NCBI RefSeq assembly: GCF_006345805.1
Contig: NC_042999.1
Span: 23,436,001 to 23,500,000, forward strand
Source of the DNA: Octopus sinensis
Taxonomy: Eukaryota
Direction of reading: 5' to 3'
Length of the DNA stretch: 64,000 bases
A program made the position numbers and the translations under genes. Positions 52,043-64,000 of this stretch are shown piece by piece (the stretch's first letter is position 1; every line of letters starts with the position of its first letter). A model generated the notes under the pieces. That model did no database searches and was not told the DNA's origin. It was given only the letters and a program-made list of their open reading frames with translations.

Positions 52043-52126
52043 CTCTTACAGCTGTTTCGATTTTGCCCAAAGAATTAAATTCCAGTAATTAAAAACATTA
52101 TATTGGGCAAAATCTCATCAGAGGAG
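52043..52126 (-). ncRNA. Type I hammerhead ribozyme motif with canonical core
   Basis: Minus strand: CTCCT CTGATGA GATTTTGCCCAA...TTGGGCAAAATC GAAA CAGCTG T A AGAG. Perfect 12-bp stem II, palindromic ACAGCTGT, GUA triplet; stem I weak. Confidence 0.7.
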
Positions 52127-52576
52127 TAGAAACGACATACCGTTAGGTTATTAGATATTATGCTACTAAATCATTTCAACAGACTGAATATCATTTAATT
52201 ACTAATATTGGTATAAACCTTGGCCAGTGGGTAATAGGTTGCGTTAGGGTAATAATTAGAAAAGGTTATATCTATATCTATATCTATCTATATAGATATA
52301 TATACACATACACATATATACATACACACGCACACGCACGCACATACACACACACACATACACACATTATATATATTACGGAGATGTACTTGCATAGCAC
52401 GTGACCTGATCTGAGATCGTGTGCTGGAACGAAAACAATTGCAGCGTGGAAGGTGTTGAAGTGAATCAAACGGTTTTTGTGTTTTTCAAATGGCTTATAA
52501 ACATCTTCCACGCTGTAATGTGTGTGTGTGTATATATATACGTATATATATATTAGATATATAGAAATATATATAT

Positions 52577-52614
<38 letters not shown>

Positions 52615-53558
52615 ATATATATATATACACATAGTATCTATATATATATATATCTATATTAATATATATACTATATAATATAATATATAAACATAATAGA
52701 TACTAGATAATATACATATATACACATAATATATATACATATATATAACATATATACAGATATACATATACATATATATATACATATATAAATATACTGT
52801 ATATACATATACATAACATGGAAATTTCTGTATACATATATATTTATATATATATACATATATATATATATAATATACATATATATGGAAATCTCTATAT
52901 ATATATATATTTATATAACTATATATATACATATAATATATATTTATATATATATACATATACATATAATATATATATTATTTATATATATTATATATAT
53001 ATGATAATATATTATATATATATATATAATTATATATTTATATTATATAACATATATACATACATAACATATATATATATTTGTATATAAATATGTGTGT
53101 AGGGGCGCGCACACACATATACAATACAATCACCAGAATTACATCACAGACACCACTATCTGTACTAGTATCAACACAATCACTGATACAGAGGGTATCA
53201 CTATTACAGCCATCACTGCCAACATACCCACCACCGCTGCTGCCACCATCACCACTACCAGCACTTTACATCCGGTACAATTACAATCATCAACTCAACT
53301 CCTCCTCCACCACACCACCACCACCGCCACCACTACTACCGCACCTTCGTCATAACAATATTAATGATAATTAACAAGAGGAAGTATAAACGTCAACGAC
53401 AGGTGTTTCGTATCTTGTGTCACAGGTATGTAATAGTAATAATAATAATAATAACAATAGTAATAATAACAATAATAATAATAATAATAACAATAGTAAT
53501 AATGATAATAACAACAATAATAATAATAACAATAATAATAATAACAACAACAATAGTA

Positions 53559-53621
<63 letters not shown>

Positions 53622-53622
<1 letters not shown>

Positions 53623-54010
53623 TGAGCATGTCCCTTAGTGGCTGACGATATGTGCATCTCTGATCACGAGCAGTAGTGGGGGAGCATCATAGCCATGTGT
53701 TGAGAGGGATTCTTTGGGGTTTGAATAATTCACCTCTGGAAACATGGGTGGTTCTTTCAACATCCTTAAACAATCCTTATTCAGGGACCTTTTGAGCGGG
53801 ATGGGCTACTCGACCTGAAGAAAATTCTAACTGGGCCCCACCTGCAAGGTCATGTGCTGTTTATCTTGTTATGAGATCACCATGTCGCGCACATATGGTT
53901 GTGATGCATGTGTCTGGTGTACCCTTATCAAACGGGTAGTCAGATGGGTATATGGGATCGTATATTTTACCCCAGTGTCACTTTGATGGCATGAACTGCT
54001 CTCTCACTCA
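53622..54010. mobile_element. S4 repeat, partial, in (AAT)n
   Basis: Homologous to about 13440-13831. Confidence 0.85.
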
Positions 54011-54037
54011 ATAATAATAATAATAATAATAATAATG

Positions 54038-54086
<49 letters not shown>

Positions 54087-54092
54087 ATAACA

Positions 54093-54283
54093 AAAACACC
54101 AGGACTTACAAACACATATAACATACAGAAAATTGCACTACTAGGCACTGCACACATCCTACGCAGAACACTTTCCATACAATAAGCATCAGAGCATCAC
54201 AACAAATCACAGCACATACCCAAGGCACACAGAGCTGCGCTCGGTAGTGAAGTGAAAGCACGCTATAAAAATAAAACTACTGA
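54093..54283 (+). mobile_element. R4/Dong-like LINE 3' end (ORF C-terminus plus 3' UTR) within (AAT)n
   Basis: KTPGLTNTYNIQKIALLGTAHILRRTLSIQ* (54093-54185) matches the 'IQK.ALLGTA.ILR' terminus of R4-type ORFs; ends in (AAT)n. Confidence 0.8.
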
Positions 54284-55572
54284 ATAATAATAATAATAAT
54301 AATAATAATGATAATAATAATGATTTCTTTATTAACTGCAAGGGTTTACATAAAGAAAAACATTATGGACAGTACAGGAAAAAAACAAGAGATGTGTGTG
54401 TGTGTATGTGTGTATCTGTGTGAGTGTGTGTTGTGAGGTTTTTGCGTGTAAACAGGACAAACAAGATTTTTAAAAAATCAACAATGTGTGTGTAGTCCTC
54501 AATAGGGAGGGCTGCTCACAGGAAGATCCCTTAAAAAAAAACCATGGGTACCCTGATTTTTGGGGCAGGTGCCATTTTTTTTTTCAACTAAAGGCAGGCC
54601 CGTTCGCTCGCACTTGTCTCGCCACTTTCATCCACTTTTCAGTAAATTGGCTCGAAGACAACACTCCTCCTGTACCCGCCCTCATTTTCTTTTAAAATAA
54701 AAAATCAGTAAGAAAATGACGGTAGAGGGGAAGTTGATCTTTTCTCAGCAACACCATTACTTCTCAGTTCACAAAACTGGGAATTCTCCTCTTCTCTTGC
54801 TAGTTGCAGTAAACGTTCGCTAAGAGGGCGCCGAAAAAGTCTGGCATGTACGCGTAAAGCTCGTGAGGCAGACCATCTAAACCTGGCGATTTACCCCTTG
54901 TGCAGCTAACCATTGCTTCCCGTATTTCAAAAGCTGTTATCGGCCTTTCGCAGCGCTTCGCCTCCGTCTCCGAGAACCGCGATAGTCTGTCGAGGTAGGA
55001 CGTCAAATCCATCCTGCGACCCAGCTCACATCTGCTCCCGAACAGTTGAGCAAAACGTCGCTTGGTCCAGCAAGGATAAGATCGTGGATTTATTTCCACA
55101 CCGTGCCTCTACCACTCGGGTCCATTGAACGGCTTTCGTCCCTTCGTTTCTAGGTGCTCGTGCCTTAGCTCTGACAATGCAACCTTCATGTTTCGCGTTG
55201 ACGAATTGGTCGAGTCCTAATCTCGCTGCGAGCACGTCGATCGATATGCCCTTTCTGAAAGCCACGTCTAACATTTTGGATAGCCTTGCCTCTACTCTGT
55301 TTCTTTCTACAGCTAGTTCTTTGCTATACCTTATCGATTCTATTCTAATAACCCTTTTCAGAGTGAACTACCAATTATTGCTAACGCCCTCTTAACTAGT
55401 TCACTAATCCGGTCAATGAAATCTTTACGCGCTGGTAATGACATGTCCAGGTTCCAGTAACCGGGTCCCTGTCTATGAAACCTATCTAAGTCGACTGTAC
55501 AGCTAGTCGACTACTTTAAACTGTGGACAACCTATGCTATCCTTATCTGCCACTCTACAGAATACCCCCTCT

Positions 55573-55989
55573 CTCTTTACTCTTTTACTCTTTTACTCTT
55601 TTACTTGTTTCAGTCATTTGACTGCGGCCATGCTGGAGCACCGCCTTTAGTCGAGCAAATCGACCCCGGGACTTATTCTTTGTAAGCCTAGTACTTATTC
55701 TATCGGTCTCTTTTGCCGAATCCCTAAGTTACGGGGACGTAAACACACCAGCATCGGTTGTCAAGCAATGCTAGGGGGACAAACACAGACACACAAACAC
55801 ACACATATATATATATACATATATACGACGGGCTTCTTTCAGTTTCCGTCTACCAAATCCACTCACAAGGCATTGGTCGTCCCGGGGCTATAGCAGAAGA
55901 CACTTGCCCAAGATGCCACGCAGTGGGACTGAATCCGGAACCATGTGGTTGGTTAGCAAGCTCCTTACCACACAGCCACTCCTGCGCCT
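55573..55989 (-). mobile_element. Composite SINE S2 inserted in the Tx1 relic
   Basis: Full copy. Confidence 0.9.
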
Positions 55990-56212
55990 ATCTAGATACA
56001 ATCGAGATGACCCAATACAGTTTGGCCAGGTCCGCACTAATACATCCGGAAAATCCAGTGGATAAATGTCAGACAGTTGGAATCGTCTGAGCAGGTTTGC
56101 GAGGCTTTTTCACCCTCCTCTCCTATCTGCTAAGCTTACAAAATCCCGCCTTACATCTAAAACTCTATTCCAACCCCCCACTAACACTAAAGAGCGGCAC
56201 CTTCCCAGGAAA

Positions 56213-56461
56213 GATGAAGGTAGGAAAGTCCAGTTTGCTGGACATTGTTGTAGAGCTGAAAAAGAAGTAATTTCTACTCTTCTCCTCTGGAAGCCATCTA
56301 CTCGCAATACCAGAGGGCGCACACTCTCCTACCCTGATGTAATCTCCAGGGATACAGGCATCCAGCAACAGGACCTTCGTAATGCCATGATGGACCGTAA
56401 AGTCTGGCGTAGCATGGTAAATTCCATTGTCTCGACCACGGTCGAACAATGATGATGATGA
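56213..56461 (+). mobile_element. RTE-clade 3' fragment with a 10-bp TSD
   Basis: QFAGHCCRAEKEVISTLLLWKP...MMDRKVWRSMV; (GAT)n tail; TSD tcccaggaaa at 56203-56212 / 56462-56471. Confidence 0.85.
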
Positions 56462-56833
56462 TCCCAGGAAAATTTTAGGACGTTTGGGCATAGACGGCAA
56501 CTACCTTGAACGTGTGTCCTTCGCTGCCTGTTACGACCAGGACCACTGACTCACATTCCGAATCCAGGAAGATCATCCTTATGGTAAGGACCAAATTTTT
56601 CCGAACCATCACAGCAACTTTGCCTCCCACTCCCGGACGACTTGGAAATGCATACACCTCATAGTCACCGAAAATGGGTCGGAAACCCTGTGAGTCGGAA
56701 TTTCTGGTTTCACTAAAGGCCACTAATGGCTGCTGATATTGTTGCTTTTGTTCTTGTTGCTGTTGTTGTTACGGCTATTGCTGGTTGTTGTTTTTGTTGT
56801 TAAGCAACAAGACGGGTAAGGGTAATTAGGTGT

Positions 56834-57224
56834 GGAGGCGCAATGGCCCAGTGGTTAGGGCAGCGGACTCGCGGTCATAGGATCGCGGTTTCGATTCCCA
56901 GACCGGGCGTTGTGAGTGTTTATTGAGCGAAAACACCTAAAAGCTCCACGAGGCTCCGGCAGGGGATGGTGGTGATCCCTGCTGTACTCTTTCACCACAA
57001 CTTTCTCTCACTCTTACTTCCTGTTTCTGTTGTACCTGTATTTCAAAGGGCCGGCCTTGTCACTTTCTGTGTCACGCTGAATATCCCCCGAGAACTACGT
57101 TAAGGGTACACGTGTCTGTGGAGTGCTCAGCCACTTACACGTTAATTTCACGAGCAGGCTGTTCCGTTGATCGGATCAACCGGAACCCTCGTCGTCGTAA
57201 CCGACGGAGTGCTTCCATCCATCC
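56834..57224 (+). mobile_element. SINE S1 with a 15-bp TSD
   Basis: TSD aagggtaattaggtg at 56818-56832 / 57225-57239; (TCCA)n tail. Confidence 0.92.
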
Positions 57225-57577
57225 AAGGGTAATTAGGTGATGGTCTATGGCTTAGGGACGGGAGACCCCAGACCTTGGAAAAAAAAAGCTTTGGTCGTCT
57301 TGTTGTAGTCGCGGGCTCTTCGTTGACGCCCGACACCACTGGGAGGTGGCCCTCGAAGTCGCTGGAAATGGTTATCTCCAGGTTCAAATTCTTGAGCAGC
57401 CTGCTGTTGCTGGTGTTGTTGTTAGTTGTTGTATTCGCATAGTCCGTTGCTTTGCTCACGAAAGGGCTCACATTGTTTACATTTTCGAAACTGCAGTTTT
57501 TATTTCGAATAATGTTCTTGAAAACGGAACCGTTGTTTTTTCGAAAATCTAAGAGACCTTTCTCGAAAAAATTGGCC

Positions 57578-58374
57578 CTCTCTTTTCTCTTTTCTCTTTT
57601 ACTTGTTTCAGTCATTTGACTGGGGCCATGCTGGAGCACCGCCCTTAGTTGAGAAAATCGACCCCGGGACTTATTCTTTGTAAGCCCACTACTTATTCTA
57701 TCGGTCTCTTTTGCCGAACCAATAAGTTATTGGGACGTAAACACACCAGCATCGGTTGTCAAGCAATGCTAGGGGGACAAACACACATACATACATACAT
57801 GTATATATATATATATATATACACTAGCAGTATCGCCCGGCGTTGCTCAGGTTTGTAAGGGAAATAACTATAAAGCATTTTTAGAGAGTTATAGCCAAAA
57901 AATAGCAAAAAAATGGAAAAAAATGATGGTAAATTTTTTTTCGAGATTTAAAAAAGGTAGAGTTGCGTCCCCTAGACAATTTGTGGTTCGTATTCCTGAT
58001 TCTCGACCCCATGTCGAATTTATCGATTTTTTTCAGAACTGGGGGAACGTTTCAAAATTTTCGCTGCGTTAGTTTTGAATTATGACATTGGGCAATGTGT
58101 GTGTCAAGTTTCATCAGAATCGGTTGAAAGCCGTGGTCAGGGTGAGGGTACAAGCAAACAGACACACAGAAACACGCACAGACAAACTGCCGTTTATATA
58201 GAGAGAGATATATACGACAGGCTTCTTTCAGTTTCCGTCTACCAAATCCACTCACAAGGCATTGGTCGGCCCGGGGCTATAGCAGAAGACACTTGCCCAA
58301 GGTGCCACGCAGTGGGACTGAACCCGGAACCATGTGGTTGGTAAGCAAGCTACTTACCACACAGCCACTCCTGC
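57578..58374 (-). mobile_element. Composite SINE S2 interrupted by a Helitron
   Basis: Tail/body 57578-57823 and head 58209-58374. Confidence 0.85.
57824..58208 (-). mobile_element. Non-autonomous Helitron (chimeric)
   Basis: 3' end shared with the 27946 and 41923 copies; 5' module shared with the 62255 copy. Confidence 0.85.
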
Positions 58375-58764
58375 TGAATTTTTTATTCTTTCTTTCAACA
58401 AAAATACAGTCTGTTTTTTTAGCGCTAATTCGTTTGTCACACTCGCTCTCTCTCTCTCTCTCATTGTAGTTTGGTGATGCTCCTCACTCTCTCCCTCTCT
58501 CCCCCTCTCTCACATATGAGTGTCACCGTTTTTTGTTGTGTTTTCTCCATATTAGTGGGGAAAACGCAAACGACTATGATAGAAAAACAAAATCAGTTGA
58601 CCTGTCTCCCAAAACTGGGAAACAAAACAGGAAAATAAACTCACCACTCGACAGCAATTAGCCTGTTGTCTACGATGTTACAAATTTGAAGGGTGCAAAT
58701 ACACTATTATGTGGGTTTTTTCCTTATAAAATCCACGGAGCGGGGGTCAAGCGAGGCTTGCCAG

Positions 58765-59372
58765 GCTGACGACCAGTGGTTTCAAATTTTGTCAAAAGAG
58801 CAGTAATTTGGAGGCGCAATGGCCCAGTGGTTAGGGCAGCGGACTCGCGGTCGTAGGATCGCAGTTTCGATTCCCAGACCGGGCGTTGTGAGTGTTTATT
58901 GAGCGAAAACACCTAAAGCTCCACGAGGCTCCGGCAGGGATGGTGGTGATCCCTGCTGTACTCTTTCACCACAACTTTCTCTCACTCTTACTTCCTGTTT
59001 CTGTTGTACCTGTATTTCAAAGGGCCGTCCTTGTCACTCTCTGTGTCACGCTGAATCTCCCCGAGAACTGCGTTAAGGGTACACGTGTCTGTGGAGTGCT
59101 CAGCCACTTACACGTTAATTTCACGAGCAGGCTGTTCCGTTGATTCAGATCAACCGGAACCCTCGTCGTCGTAACCGACGGAGTGCTTCCACCAATTTTG
59201 GGAGAGAGGATGAGTAGATTACATTGAGCCCAGTGTTCAACTGGTACCTATTTTATCGACCCCGAAAGGATGAAAGGCAAAGTCGACCTCGGCGGAATTT
59301 TAACTCAATGTTAAGACAGACGAAATGCCGTTTAGCATTTCGCCTGGCGTAATAATGATCCTGCCAGCTCCG
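58765..59372 (-). mobile_element. SINE S3 interrupted by S1
   Basis: S3 core at 59250-59300; S1 inserted at 58810-59191. Confidence 0.75.
58810..59191 (+). mobile_element. SINE S1, full length
   Basis: Near-identical to 56834-57217. Confidence 0.9.
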
Positions 59373-59520
59373 AGGAGAGGCAACGTGAGTAGCAACTAAA
59401 GGAACATTACAAAATCCACAGAAAGATCAAACACATACATGTATTCATATATTCATTTATATCTACAGAACAGATATAAAGTCCGACGTTTAAAAATATA
59501 GTAATATATAAATATATAAA

Positions 59521-59662
59521 TAGGAGTGGCTGTGTGGTAAGTAGCTTGCTAACCAACCACATGGTTGCGGGTTCAGTGGGCAAGTGTCTTCTGCTCTAGC
59601 CCCGGGCCGACCAATGCCTTGTGAGTGGATTTGGTAGACGGAAACTGAAAGAAGCTGTCGTA

Positions 59663-59748
<86 letters not shown>

Positions 59749-59953
59749 GTGTGTCTGTGTTTGTCCCCCTAGCATTGCTTGACCGATGCTGGTGTGTTTA
59801 TGTCCCCGTCACTTAGCGGTTCGGCAAAAGAGACCGATAGAATAAGTATTGGACTTACAAAGAATAAGTCCTGGGGTCGAGTTGTTCGATTAAAGGCGGT
59901 GCTCCAGCATGGCCGCAGTCAAATGACTGAAACAAGTAAAAGAGTAAAAGAGT
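59521..59953 (+). mobile_element. Composite SINE S2
   Basis: Head, (TA)(TG) spacer, body and tail. Confidence 0.9.
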
Positions 59954-60127
59954 ATATATAAGAATCAATGTTGCATATATACGAGTAACACCTTGAATTT
60001 ACGCTTAAACTCGTAAAACATTTGGTATAAATTTGTTAAATTCAAAATTTGGGGTACTAAAACATACAATGACATATTAAAATGACATATTAAAATTCCA
60101 AGGAAAAAAAATGATAAATATACAAAA

Positions 60128-60300
<173 letters not shown>

Positions 60301-60989
60301 AATACTCGTACTGAGAAGAGCATTATCGCTGTGAAAACAACATCCATTCATGAATTTATTTATTTATCAATTTTTTAAACTACATATTTTACCCGTGAAT
60401 TTGCGTGTGTAATCTGGGAATGCATACAATGAGCTTCTCTGCCCTAGGTGTACGGAGAACACACGGCAAGAGGTGGAAGAAAATTTGAAGAAAGGAAAAA
60501 TAATAATAATAATAATAATGATGATGATAAAACCTGAAGACCTGATAATCGCTAACTCATATGAGTGACAATGGAAAAAGAAACTATTGTGAATACCGGT
60601 GGTAATCAAACTGAAGTCCTTGATGGTGACAATGTTGCAGAGGAGGCTCGGGGATACTGGTCTGACTCCAGCCTGTCGTTATCCAGCAATGGAGCAGCAC
60701 ACACGGCGTAGATGGAACAAATAAGTCAATGCTATGGAGTGTAACTACCTGAGCAATCCCGAAGACGAATATGGTGTTCATATTAGGGGATACCGACAAC
60801 GTATGTATGATCAATTGAGAGAAAGAGGATTGTTTCAACTCACAGAACAGAGGTTATGTGATCAAGTTAGAGTAGAAGTAGAGCTCGAAGCTATTAAAAG
60901 ACAGATGTTGGAAAATAGCAGCAGACAATACGGTTCTTACTGATAAAAGTAAACTCATAGCAGAAAACAAGAGGTGAAATCTCTAATGG

Positions 60990-61373
60990 TGGAAGCACTC
61001 CGTCGGTTACGACGACGAGGGTTCCGGTTGATCCGAATCAACGGAACAGCCTGCTCGTGAAATTAACATGTAAGTGGCTGAGCACTCCACAGCCACGTGT
61101 ACCCTTAGCGTAGTTCTCGGGGATATTCAGCGTGACACAGAGAGTGACAAAGCCGGCCCTTTGAAATAAAGGTACAACAGAAACAGGAAGTAAGAGTGAG
61201 AGAAAGTTGTGGTGAAAGAGTACAGCAGGGATCACCACCATCCCCTGCCGGAGCCTCGTGGAGCTTTAGGTGTTTTAGCTCAATAAACACTCACAACGCC
61301 CGGTCTGGGAATCGAAACCGCGATCCTATGACCGCGAGTCTGCTGCCCTAACCACTGGGCCATTGCGCCTCCA
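60990..61373 (-). mobile_element. SINE S1 with a 12-bp TSD
   Basis: TSD gaaatctctaat at 60976-60987 / 61376-61387. Confidence 0.92.
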
Positions 61374-61683
61374 CAGAAATCTCTAATAAACCACAGGGAA
61401 AGAACAGTGATAGCTTGCTCGATGAGAGACATATAAATGGTTTGGGAGACAATAAAACTAAAGGTGACATAACAGATGGGCAAAAAGCAAACTACGACAG
61501 AATAAAAGCAAGGCTACAAGAGAACGATAACGACATTATTTGCAACCTTAAAAAGTTGATCGGTGGAAATTGAACCACGAAACGAAAAATGTGAATGAAT
61601 TTTGAAATACGTCAGAACGAAAAACATCACAGAAACAAATATTTTGATCAAGGTAGCAAGTATTGTTGTAGTAGAAAATGTCT

Positions 61684-62066
61684 GGAGACACAATGGCCCA
61701 GTGGTTAGGGCAGCGGACTCGCGGTCGTAGGATCGCGGTTTCGATTCCCAGACCGGGCGTTGTGAGTGTTTATTGAGCGAAAACACCTAAAAGCTCCACG
61801 AGGCTCCGGCAGGGGATGGTGGTGATCCCTGCTGTACTCTTTCACCACAACTTTCTCTCACTCTTACTTCCTGTTTCTATTGTACCTGTATTTCAAAGGG
61901 CCTGCCTTGTCACTCTCTGTGTCACGCTGAATCTCCCCCGAGAACTACGTTAAGGGTACACGTGTCTGTGGAGTGCTCAGCCACTTACACGTTAATTTCA
62001 CGAGCAGGCTGTTCCGTTGATCGGATCAACCGGAACCCTCGTCGTCGTAACCGACGGAGTGCTTTC
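61684..62066 (+). mobile_element. SINE S1 with a 13-bp TSD
   Basis: TSD tagtagaaaatgt at 61669-61681 / 62074-62086. Confidence 0.92.
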
Positions 62067-62254
62067 TCCCTCCTAGTAGAAAATGTGGGCGTTGATGTCA
62101 AGAAAAAGAAATATAACGGGAGTGACAAAAGAAAAGATCCATGGCGGAAAAGAAGAATACAGGAAGGGTTAGATATGCTCTCGAAAGACATTTCTGTGTT
62201 AGACCGAAAAGCGAACAAAAATACTGGGCACTGAACAGGAAGTATTATATTGAA

Positions 62255-62793
62255 CTAGCAGCATAGCCCGTTGTTGCCCGGGTATGTAAGAGCCCCTAGT
62301 AGGCAACGACTAATCTCAATCTAGTCCTTTCCCTCTAGGGAACGAAGGCGCATGTGTAGGTTGCAATGTCCTCTGTGTATACGATGTTCCTAGCTGTACC
62401 TTTGGGCGAAAACGCGATTTCCCAAAATGGCATGATTTTATCGATTTTTTTTCTGATGGTAAGGTATTGCATGGAAAACTAACGTCCGAATTAAGTTTCT
62501 TAGGGTAACATTAAGCTTCACCATGAGTTCGGTGAAAATCGATTGCAAGTTGCGAAAACTACAACAGAAAATGTGTTGCATATAAAAAGCTTAGATTCTC
62601 GACCCCATGTCGAATATATCGATCTTTTTTTCAGAACTGAGGGAACTTTTCAAAATTTTTGCTGCGTTAGTTTTGAATTATGACATTGGGCTATGTGTGT
62701 GTCAAGTTTCATCAGAATCGGTTGGAAGCCGTGGTCAGGGTGAGGGTACAACCTGACAGACACAGACACACAGACAGGCAATATAGAGAGAGA
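62255..62793 (-). mobile_element. Non-autonomous Helitron with a variant 3' end
   Basis: CTAG at 62255-62258; hairpin CCCG-ggcaacaa-CGGG; A|T insertion with no TSD in the R4 ORF. Confidence 0.85.
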
Positions 62794-63363
62794 TGAAAGG
62801 GCCTGAAAGTGGTAACGGCGGAACTGAAACAGTACCTCGTTGCAAAGAAAGCAAAGATACGACCAAAGAACGAAGGGATACTAACAGAACAGGTTATTCG
62901 AAGTAGATCAGAAGAGATTCTACAAAGAAATAAATGGAGAGTGTTCAGATGAAAAGTTGATACCAGATAACATTGAAAGTCAGTGGTTTTGGAGTGACAT
63001 CAGGAGTAAAGACAAGGAGCAAAAGAAGGATGCCGAGTGGTTGCAAGAACTGAAACAAACACTAGTCTGTCCAAAACGGGCAGAACTAGTAATTTCAGTT
63101 TGAGAAGTGAAGGAAATCAGCAAAAAAAAAAGAAAAAAAAAGAGCAACTGGAAGGCCCCGGGACCAGATGGAGTTCAAGGCCACTGGTTCAAAAGATTTG
63201 GTGAATGTTATGCACGAATAGCTGCACAACTCAACACCTTGTTAAATGCCGACCAAGTAACACCAGAGTGGTTGACATTGGGTAGGACAGTGCTGTGCTT
63301 GAAAAAACATCGGAAAAGGCAATACGGTAGACAATTACAGGCCGATAACCTGCTTGCCACATA

Positions 63364-63622
63364 ATAATAATAATGTTCGTCCTTCGGATTCGAAGATGAC
63401 CACTGACATCATCTGGTGGAACTGCCGCTATGAGACCGGAGGTGGCTGGTGAGGCCAATCCGGGCAAGGAAGCCCCTCCCACAGGTGGGGCAGAAGTGGG
63501 TAGGGGCCGTGCTACTGGTGCAGGCAGCTCTGGCTTTCCGCATCTGGCGTTTCTGCTCTGCTGACCGAATCCGTCCCTCCTCGGCTGTCCCTGCTCCTGT
63601 GGTGATTGCTCCTGTGGTGATT
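63364..63622 (-). mobile_element. RTE (BovB-like) 3' fragment with a 7-bp TSD
   Basis: C-terminal zinc finger CPTCGRGFLARIGLTSHLRSH; (ATT)n tail; TSD ccacata at 63357-63363 / 63623-63629. Confidence 0.85.
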
Positions 63623-64000
63623 CCACATATGTGGAAATTATTTACTGGAATAGTCGCAGAGTCAATGTACGGACATCTGGTAAAAAAAATGGAGTCCTGC
63701 CACATGAGCAGAAGGGTTGCAAGCGTAAGTGCAGAGGTACCAAGTGTCAACCCCTGGTAGACAAAACTGGACTTAGAGATTTCAAGAGGAGGAAAGTAAC
63801 TTACAGTAACCATGTCATCGATCGATTGTCCGAGGGGGTTTTGTCCAAGTGGGGATTTTGTCCAGATCCCATAAATTAATCGTGACTTTTTCTTCTGTGA
63901 CTGTATTACCGGTTACCTAAAATTTATAGTGTTAATTTCATCGTGTTAATTAGTCACTTCCCAACATTGGTTGAGTGAAATCAAAAACAACACGACCCCT

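Larger units (their letters stand above)
54320..56730 (-). mobile_element. Tx1/L1-like LINE relic: APE endonuclease, linker, start of RT, C-terminus, 3' UTR
   Basis: 'AFSETR...KVVAVYA' (APE), 'GPGYWNLD', 'ITAFEIREAM...KSPGLDGLPHELY', 'FTEKWMKVAR', AATAAA plus (ATT)n tail; RT core deleted; two nested insertions. Confidence 0.8.
60560..63800 (+). mobile_element. R4/Dong-like LINE relic (N-terminal half to early RT), interrupted four times
   Basis: 'AMECNYLSNP..GYRQRMY...LTEQRLCDQ', 'NITETNILIKVAS', 'DPWRKRRI', 'NWKAPGPDGVQG', '[17 protein letters not shown]', '[16 protein letters not shown]'. Confidence 0.85.

Noticed and set aside
56834-56910. tRNA-Arg-like sequence at S1 heads
   Set aside because: No complete cloverleaf or acceptor stem; continuous with the SINE body and flanked by TSDs, so these are SINE heads rather than tRNA genes.
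56760-57560. Possible ORF1 of the Tx1-like element
   Set aside because: Position fits, but I could not find a convincing zinc knuckle or other ORF1 motif.

Overview
This is AT-rich, repeat-dominated animal (eukaryotic) genomic DNA with one 100-N assembly gap (36023-36122). The SINE families look like those I associate with octopus/cephalopod genomes; that is recognition-based inference, not a database result. I find no intact host protein-coding gene, and nearly all ORFs in the track are translations of microsatellites or SINEs. The supportable content is a layered transposon landscape. It includes three main tRNA-derived SINE families (many with target-site duplications, TSDs) and decayed LINEs: CR1-like with RT YADD, Tx1/L1-like, R4/Dong-like and RTE 3' ends. 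It also holds a Penelope GIY-YIG relic, two mariner relics, a hAT MITE and four non-autonomous Helitrons. The most interesting signals are not in the ORF track. (1) Several sequence-unrelated type I hammerhead ribozyme motifs with palindromic stem III, one duplicated within a ~320-bp near-perfect inverted repeat. (2) A candidate composite SINE made of a tRNA head, (AAT)n and a hammerhead module. (3) Recurrent fold-back palindromes abutting (TA)n tracts. (4) A 3' stem-loop shared, with compensatory changes, between the commonest SINE and the CR1 LINE. All structures were folded by eye and none has been verified computationally.
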